From a virus (taxonomy: Duplodnaviria > Caudoviricetes), in the IMG/VR virus record IMGVR_UViG_3300024310_000017, positions 1-40,764 of that record: a stretch of 40,764 bases of DNA; one strand, 5' to 3'. This document shows positions 35,289 to 40,764 of the stretch, in pieces. The notes under the pieces were generated by a model. It was given only the letters and a program-made list of their open reading frames with translations, searched no databases and had not been told where the DNA came from. Each line of letters opens with the position of its first letter. Position 1 is the first letter of the stretch. The translations under genes were made by a program, and so were the position numbers.

Positions 35289-35441
35289 TCAGTCCGCCGT
35301 CCAGCGTTCGCAGTGGGCAATGAAGCGGCGCTGTGATGCGCTGAAGAACCCATCACCGGCCGGCGGACTGAAATGTCCGTGCTGCACTTCATTGTTCAAG
35401 ACGGCCGCGAAACCGTCATGCACTGTTCTGGAGTCAATCAT
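35289..35441 (-). CDS. Small hypothetical protein
   Basis: ATG 35441 overlaps the RusA stop. Confidence 0.45.
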   Translation of the reverse strand: MIDSRTVHDGFAAVLNNEVQHGHFSPPAGDGFFSASQRRFIAHCERWTAD

Positions 35442-35953
35442 GCCAACTGCAACCTCCTTTGCTGCGCCGGCTCGGCCTGTTTCTCCAGGGCCGTAATTGT
35501 GATGTGACAGCCCGGTTTGGTGAACATCCCAAATCCGACATAAACCTTGCTCCACTCCCCCTTACAAATCTGGCAGTCGTCGCGCCAGAAGCCGAGAGTG
35601 GTCAAACAATCCCAAACCGCCTTGCACAAATTGTCACCGTCCGGCTTTCCGGTGTGATACTGCGGCGCCCCCTCTTTCAATTTGTCGGCGTTTTTCCCCG
35701 AGCCATAATGGCTCTTTGGCCGCGGGAACACGAAGACCGCATCCATGCGAATCGGGCCGGATAACGGAATGAACGGCGCATGCGGTCGGGCGGCTTCGGC
35801 GATTTGGCTTTTCCAGCCTTCGGCCGTCCCTGGGTCGTACATTCGTATGAATGGCTTGCCCCCGTTTTTGCTGGGGAGAGCGAAAGCGCGGGCGCGAGGC
35901 TGGCCGCGAGGTTCGCCGATGGCGTAAAAGGTAATTGGGGCGGGTTCGGTCAT
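35438..35953 (-). CDS. rusA: Holliday junction resolvase, RusA family
   Basis: GEPRGQPRAR, FVFPRPKSH, KPDGDNLCKAVWDCL, WRDDCQI. Confidence 0.92.
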   Translation of the reverse strand: MTEPAPITFYAIGEPRGQPRARAFALPSKNGGKPFIRMYDPGTAEGWKSQIAEAARPHAPFIPLSGPIRMDAVFVFPRPKSHYGSGKNADKLKEGAPQYHTGKPDGDNLCKAVWDCLTTLGFWRDDCQICKGEWSKVYVGFGMFTKPGCHITITALEKQAEPAQQRRLQLA

Positions 35954-36363
35954 TTCTTCAGAAACCTTCCCGCCTCCAGGATTGGAATGTTCGCTTCGGT
36001 CGGAATGTAAACCACCGTCTTGTCGGTTCCGGCTCCGGCAACGTCGATGATCCAGAGGTAGCGCAAATATGCTTCGTTATCTTTCAGGCTTGCGCCGATG
36101 ATCTCATTGGCCTTGGCTACCCCTTTCGCTCTTTCGACCTCGGCTTCTGCCAGCAATTTTGAGGATTCCATCTTTGCCCTAGCTTCGGCGACTGCGACTT
36201 CCTTTGCTGATTGAGCGTGGGCGAGAAGCGCAGCCCCCGCAAGGCGTTGGCGATAGACCGTATAATGCGGGCAGCCGACCATTCCGCCAGTAGCCAAGAG
36301 ACAAATGGCCAAGATTCCGGAAATGCCCCAAGCTGCGTAGTTGGGTTCTCGTTGTTCGCTCAT
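35950..36363 (-). CDS. Membrane protein with SPFH/prohibitin-like C-terminal coiled coil
   Basis: TM plus AEVERAKGVAKANEIIGASL...YLRYLWI...VVYIPTE. Confidence 0.7.
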   Translation of the reverse strand: MSEQREPNYAAWGISGILAICLLATGGMVGCPHYTVYRQRLAGAALLAHAQSAKEVAVAEARAKMESSKLLAEAEVERAKGVAKANEIIGASLKDNEAYLRYLWIIDVAGAGTDKTVVYIPTEANIPILEAGRFLKK

Positions 36364-36585
36364 TTAATTGCGCCTCTCCTCTGTTTCGCGGCCGACGATT
36401 TCTCCAAGGGCTATCAACTTCGTGATCGTTTGATCGCCGACGCATTCCGGCTCGTCGAGCACCCACGCAGCCAGACCGATCACGAGCTGCAAGCGAGCGA
36501 GTAAATCATCCGAGCAGCGCCAGCCTTCCAATTCCATGCGCTTGAGAGCGTCGTAAACCTGTCGGATTTCAGCTTCGCTTTTCAC
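36364..36585 (-). CDS. Hypothetical protein
   Basis: Operon packing. Confidence 0.55.
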   Translation of the reverse strand: MKSEAEIRQVYDALKRMELEGWRCSDDLLARLQLVIGLAAWVLDEPECVGDQTITKLIALGEIVGRETEERRN

Positions 36586-36983
36586 ACTACCTCCCTCACA
36601 TGAACGATTTTAAGGGGATTTTGACAGCCTTCTGCCCACTTTTGGGCCTCGGCCGAGGAGTCGGCGCACTGATACAGCAAGCCCTCAGGTGCGCCGATGC
36701 CAACAACCATCCACCACTCGCGCGGCTCGGGCTTAATGGGTAGTTCATGTCCGATCGGCGCGCCCCATGGCGTAGTGATTCCATCAAATTTGCGCAATTC
36801 GGCCTCTAGTTCATCAACCTTCGTGCGCAATTCGCCGAGGGCTTCGTCAATTCGTTCGGCCGTCGCACGTAGGAATTCCCCAAAGATGAATGGTTTTTCA
36901 TGCGCATCGATCTTTGCCGCATCCAAAGTAATGCGCAGAGCTATTCCGCATGCTAGCTGGCTTGGTCCTTTAGTCCCGATCAT
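36582..36983 (-). CDS. Hypothetical protein
   Basis: Coupled overlaps; KPEPREWW...IVHVREV. Confidence 0.6.
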   Translation of the reverse strand: MIGTKGPSQLACGIALRITLDAAKIDAHEKPFIFGEFLRATAERIDEALGELRTKVDELEAELRKFDGITTPWGAPIGHELPIKPEPREWWMVVGIGAPEGLLYQCADSSAEAQKWAEGCQNPLKIVHVREVV

Positions 36984-37708
36984 CCTCCCCCTCCAATCTC
37001 AAGGACGCCCTGTTTCCGCCGGCCAACCGTTCCGCTGGCAATGACACGCTCAAATGTCACGCCCGGAATCGTTGTCCCTTCGGGCAGCGAATTGATCACG
37101 GCTTGCAGTTCGAGCATTTTGGGTTCCTTGCGCACACAATGCGGGTAAGCTGCATTCAAGGCGTCAATATTCGTGATCTCGATGTTGAGCTTGGGCCTGA
37201 TGCTCTGGCCCTGCGCCCGCGGCGGTGGCGGCGGCATCGGCATCGTGGCCTGCATCCCCTCATAGCGGGCCTGGATTGCCTCCCTGGCCTCATGATTCTC
37301 GCTCCTGGCCATTTCCTGCCGTTTCTGGCGTTCGAGCGCCTCAATGTCACGCAGACGCGCTACCTCGGCATCCCTGCGGATGGCCTCCTCGTGGGTCAAC
37401 CAGTCCCCTTGCATTTTGCGGACGCGCAACTGCTCGGCCTTCGCGTCACTCACGAATTCCGCAACCTTTCGGTCAATTAACCGGCATTCCTCAAGGGCCG
37501 GCTTTTTGGCTTCGACCCTGGCGGACTCCATTTTTGAAAGGAACTCGTCGTTCATGGCCATCGCGGCTTGGGCCTTCTCGTTCTCGTCGGCATTGCGGAC
37601 GGCACCGACGAGCGCGCAGGCTTCGAGGGCATCTTCGCGGGCGTCTTTGGCCGAATCCGGGAAGACTATCGAGCGGGCGGAAGGATCTTGGAGGATGAGG
37701 GCGTTCAT
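36980..37708 (-). CDS. Recombination-associated coiled-coil protein (Gp157/Gam-like)
   Basis: ATG 37708; long helix (ARVEAKKP...ID) and C-terminal IPGV motif; near Bet. Confidence 0.6.
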   Translation of the reverse strand: MNALILQDPSARSIVFPDSAKDAREDALEACALVGAVRNADENEKAQAAMAMNDEFLSKMESARVEAKKPALEECRLIDRKVAEFVSDAKAEQLRVRKMQGDWLTHEEAIRRDAEVARLRDIEALERQKRQEMARSENHEAREAIQARYEGMQATMPMPPPPPRAQGQSIRPKLNIEITNIDALNAAYPHCVRKEPKMLELQAVINSLPEGTTIPGVTFERVIASGTVGRRKQGVLEIGGGG

Positions 37709-38100
37709 GCGCTTGCCTTTATTTGTCTCGCCACCCAACGGCGCACAAACTGCCACCGTTCCTCCGGCGTCTCGCAATATGAATCATCATTAATGGATGC
37801 GATTTCGCGAGCAAGGGCCGTCGCTGTTCCAAATGCTTTCGCGACAGCTTCTGGATCCTCGGCATCGAGACCTGACATCTCCATCCCCCTTTTCCGCCCA
37901 ATGCACCCAAGTGCGCAAACTTCACCTTCGGATTCTAATGTTGCTCGGATGAGCCGCTTTTCCGGCATGGCGTCCAGGGCTTCCGCCATCTCCTGTAACA
38001 CGCGCTGACCACGCTCGCCCGTAATGGCTCTGCAAACAGCGCCTCTCCAGCGGATCAGATCCCACGTGTCGAGGTCTTCGACATAGCCGCTTCTGCTCAC
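37705..38100 (-). CDS. Conserved hypothetical phage protein
   Basis: GTG 38100 overlaps the Bet stop; SRSGY..D...WRGAV...RGQ...ALDAMPEKRLI...VCALG. Confidence 0.7.
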   Translation of the reverse strand: MSRSGYVEDLDTWDLIRWRGAVCRAITGERGQRVLQEMAEALDAMPEKRLIRATLESEGEVCALGCIGRKRGMEMSGLDAEDPEAVAKAFGTATALAREIASINDDSYCETPEERWQFVRRWVARQIKASA

Positions 38101-40076
38101 GCCTCCACCTTTCTCTTGCCCAGCGCTTGCAGCATCCCCGTCTTCGCCCGAATCAGCCGAACGCAAACGGCATCTGGCACCAGATCGAATCCTGGCAAGT
38201 CCGCATGCTTCTTCTCTAGATGCCCCTCCTCTAATGCCCAGGCGCGCCATTCCTCGAAGTTGGACCCGCCATTGACCACGATGGCCGCAAGCTGGTCCTG
38301 ACAGCTGTTCGTCGGTGGCTTCTCTTCGCCGGGCGGGATTCGTTCACCAGCGGCCGGAGCGAGACCGGCAGCGGCTTCGGCTTCTTCATCGCCATTTGGC
38401 TGCGGCGCAGGTCTGCGCGTGGTCTCATTTACCATTTGCACAAGGCTCACCGCGTCCGAGTCGTTGCGCTTTCCAGCACCGACGTCGAGGCTGATCTCAT
38501 CCTTCATGTAGAGACCGCCCAGCATCGTGGGGAATGAGGAACGGAGGGCATCGGCCTCGGCGCAATTATGGCAAACGGCACTGAAGCCGCGACGCCGCAC
38601 AATGATCTTCCCGGTTGGCACAGTGATGCACCAGACCGCCCCTTCATTATTGGACGTGCGGATTAGCTGGCGACTCAGGCCAAGATTTATATGGGTCCGA
38701 TCTGTTACCGTCAGATACCAGTTCCGGCCGCCGATGTCGGACTTCCGGGATCGGCGCTCCGAGACGGAATAGCCAGCGAGACACGCAGCCACTTCAAACG
38801 CCCGAACATGATCCGGCCGGCTGGTGTAAATGCGCCCAATCCTGCAATTCGATGGCTTTCCGCCGTCCATGCGCAGCCACGTATCAACGAATAGCTTCGC
38901 CTGCCGCTGGGAAAGCGCGAGCACGGCATCCCGTTGGATATTCTTTCCGCGCGTCACGATCCAATCGAGTTGATCGGTCCTGGAATAGTAGAAGCAACGC
39001 TTGTCTGCCCGCGTTGTAATAACCCGGCCGGAGCTTGCCTTGACCGAATCACCACCGTCGGCTTTCGCCCGCTCGCTGATGTAACCGCCGATTTCTCGGA
39101 GCATCTCAACTTTGTGCTCACGACTAACCGCGATCGCGAACCCGGAACTCCTGCTATTGTCAGATCCGTCGGCAATGTAAGCGGCGGCTATCCGAATCGT
39201 GTCGTCGTCGACTGGGTAGTCTAATCGCGCGAATTTTGCGGACAGCGGCATGAGAACGTCATCACGTTGGCGCATGTCCAGAATATGCCTAGCCTCAACT
39301 TTCGCTTCGGATTCCCCGTTAATCGCCAGCGGCAAATCATGGTTTGGCGTCACGCGGAAGTTGCCGTTCCTGCTCGCCCACTCGATCATCAGGCCGCCGT
39401 AGGGCTGGACAAACGGAACGCTTTCAGTCGGCTCAAGCCCGCCATCTGTCACCTGCAATATGCGACCCTCCGCATTGGCGAACCGCTCGAAGCCCATCGT
39501 CGTTAAAACCTCCGTCTCTTCGTCGAAGCATTTCACGATCATCCCAGCCGGGTCATCCCGCCACTGCGCATACCCCTTATTGAAACGCTCCAGGCGAATT
39601 CGCCGATTGATCGGGTGCGTTCGGTTCTTGAAGTAAACCGTTGCCCAACCTCCGACAACGGTCTGTGTGGGCAGATGGAAATCGCCTTCAATGTCGATCG
39701 TTTCCCCGGTCTCTTCGTTGCGCAGAACGATGATCCCGCTTTTCATGCCGTCGAATTCAGGATGAATCTCGGCCCGCTTCAGGAATGCCTGGTGCGCCGT
39801 GATGAGCGAGAATTCGGGGCCGTTCTTGCCGTCGTAGCCGACCAAGAAGGCATCCCCCTCGAAGGGATTGAGCTTTCGCGCCTGGCACATGGCGATGAAC
39901 TTCAGCGCATCTCGCCGCGAGCACGTTGCCCCGCTCTTGGTCGGCACTGCGATGATGTCCTGGACGATCTTGATCGAGAGCTTGATCTCGTCTGCGGAGC
40001 CGTAGGGGACGAAGCGGACTAGCGATGGGTCGGCACCAGACTTGACGACGCTTTCTATTTCGGTTCTATTATTCAT
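38097..40076 (-). CDS. bet: Bet/RecT-family single-strand annealing protein interrupted by an intein
   Basis: FIAMCQARKLNPF, FLKRAE.HPEFDG, GGWATVY, WRDDPAGMIVK|C...AEADALR..FP..LGGLY. Confidence 0.92.
   Translation of the reverse strand: MNNRTEIESVVKSGADPSLVRFVPYGSADEIKLSIKIVQDIIAVPTKSGATCSRRDALKFIAMCQARKLNPFEGDAFLVGYDGKNGPEFSLITAHQAFLKRAEIHPEFDGMKSGIIVLRNEETGETIDIEGDFHLPTQTVVGGWATVYFKNRTHPINRRIRLERFNKGYAQWRDDPAGMIVKCFDEETEVLTTMGFERFANAEGRILQVTDGGLEPTESVPFVQPYGGLMIEWASRNGNFRVTPNHDLPLAINGESEAKVEARHILDMRQRDDVLMPLSAKFARLDYPVDDDTIRIAAAYIADGSDNSRSSGFAIAVSREHKVEMLREIGGYISERAKADGGDSVKASSGRVITTRADKRCFYYSRTDQLDWIVTRGKNIQRDAVLALSQRQAKLFVDTWLRMDGGKPSNCRIGRIYTSRPDHVRAFEVAACLAGYSVSERRSRKSDIGGRNWYLTVTDRTHINLGLSRQLIRTSNNEGAVWCITVPTGKIIVRRRGFSAVCHNCAEADALRSSFPTMLGGLYMKDEISLDVGAGKRNDSDAVSLVQMVNETTRRPAPQPNGDEEAEAAAGLAPAAGERIPPGEEKPPTNSCQDQLAAIVVNGGSNFEEWRAWALEEGHLEKKHADLPGFDLVPDAVCVRLIRAKTGMLQALGKRKVEA
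38565..39530 (-). mobile_element. Intein (322 aa) with LAGLIDADG homing endonuclease
   Basis: Block A CFDEETEVLT; block B RVTPNHD; endonuclease blocks IAAAYIADG and FVDTWLRMDG; block F/G VWCITVPTG...CHN followed by +1 Cys. Confidence 0.92.
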
Positions 40077-40099
40077 AGTTACGGTTTCGGTTTCGATTC

Positions 40100-40125
40100 A
40101 GCCCGTCGTCGATGGCGGGCTTTTT
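40100..40125 (+). terminator. Intrinsic terminator facing antisense to the early operon
   Basis: AGCCCGTCG-TCGA-TGGCGGGCT stem followed by a T-run on the + strand. Confidence 0.55.
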
Positions 40126-40128
40126 GGT

Positions 40129-40626
40129 TTATACGGCTACTCCAGCCGCGCTAAATAGATCCTCTTTCTCGGCCACGGCACCGCGCAAATGATCTTGCGC
40201 CGATTCCCAATAGCTTCGCTTCAATTCCGCACCGATGAATCTGCGATGATGCCGAACGGCGCAATAGCCTTCAGAACCGATGCCGGCGAATGGCGAGAAA
40301 ACGAGATCATCTCGATTCGACCAGAGAGCCAGTGCTCGCTCGATAACGTCCAGTTGCAGCGGGCAGATATGTCGCTCATCTTGCTGTTCGGTCGCGCCGC
40401 GGCCATTGAGCACGTTCCCCTGATCGACGGTCATCCAGACCGGGGATGCGATTTCCTGCCAACGGTCGAGGCTGAATGCGCCGAAATCATGTCGGATCGG
40501 TTTTGGATTTAAACCCGGCTTGCGGAATACCATCAGATAATCGGCGGCGCCGACCCGCGATGATGACGAATCCTTGCAGAGTGTTTTGTAAAGCAAACCA
40601 TGGGCCTTTGTTCTCTGCATCTCGAC
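40129..40626 (-). CDS. Helicase-methyltransferase fusion, 3' part (MTase C-half)
   Basis: ITIWKDP, HICPLQLDVIER, motif I VFSPFAGIGSEG, GAELK; beta-group order (motif IV before motif I). Confidence 0.93.
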   Translation of the reverse strand, partial: VEMQRTKAHGLLYKTLCKDSSSSRVGAADYLMVFRKPGLNPKPIRHDFGAFSLDRWQEIASPVWMTVDQGNVLNGRGATEQQDERHICPLQLDVIERALALWSNRDDLVFSPFAGIGSEGYCAVRHHRRFIGAELKRSYWESAQDHLRGAVAEKEDLFSAAGVAV

Positions 40627-40756
40627 CACGGGATCTTTCCAAATCGTGATCCTTGAATGCAATTTCCATCCCATGGATCGGAATAGCGTCGCGATGGCCC
40701 CGGAGAAATCTTTGAACTCGATATCGCCATCCTTCCATTTCGTGGCCAGCAAATCG
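40627..40756. repeat. Terminal direct repeat, right copy
   Basis: Matches 1-130; the last 8 nt (AGTTCAAA) diverge. Confidence 0.95.
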
Positions 40757-40764
40757 AGTTCAAA

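Noticed and set aside
40757-40764. Divergent last 8 nt as an att/host junction
   Set aside because: Too short, falls inside the MTase coding region, and no integrase; more likely a contig-end artefact.

Overview
The window is a nearly exact single circle of a ~40.6 kb tailed phage genome with lambda-like organisation. Bases 1-130 recur at 40627-40756, and an SNF2-helicase/DNA-methyltransferase fusion gene reads in frame across that junction. Almost all genes are on the minus strand. The early/replication block has an RHH-like regulator, the helicase-MTase, an intein-containing Bet/RecT recombinase, RusA, a replication initiator and an LmbU-family regulator. It is followed by terS/terL(GpA), gpW, a lambda-type portal, S49 protease, scaffold, major capsid, neck/tail genes, a short tape measure and baseplate/fibre genes. 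The most unusual feature is that at least eight genes in the late operon encode predicted exported proteins (seven Sec signal peptides and one lipobox). These include both fibre-like proteins and a protein in the capsid-decoration position. Several are strongly enriched in the Thr-Asn dipeptide, and two end in a verrucomicrobial-type C-terminal domain, which suggests a Verrucomicrobiota host (inference). Each exported fibre body is coupled to a signal-less upstream anchor-like gene. Other notable items are a TTGACT box 14-18 nt upstream of late-gene starts, a candidate structured RNA between terL and gpW, tandem paralogue sets, and no integrase or endolysin that I could recognise. All calls come from reading motifs and gene order by eye; no database searches were run.
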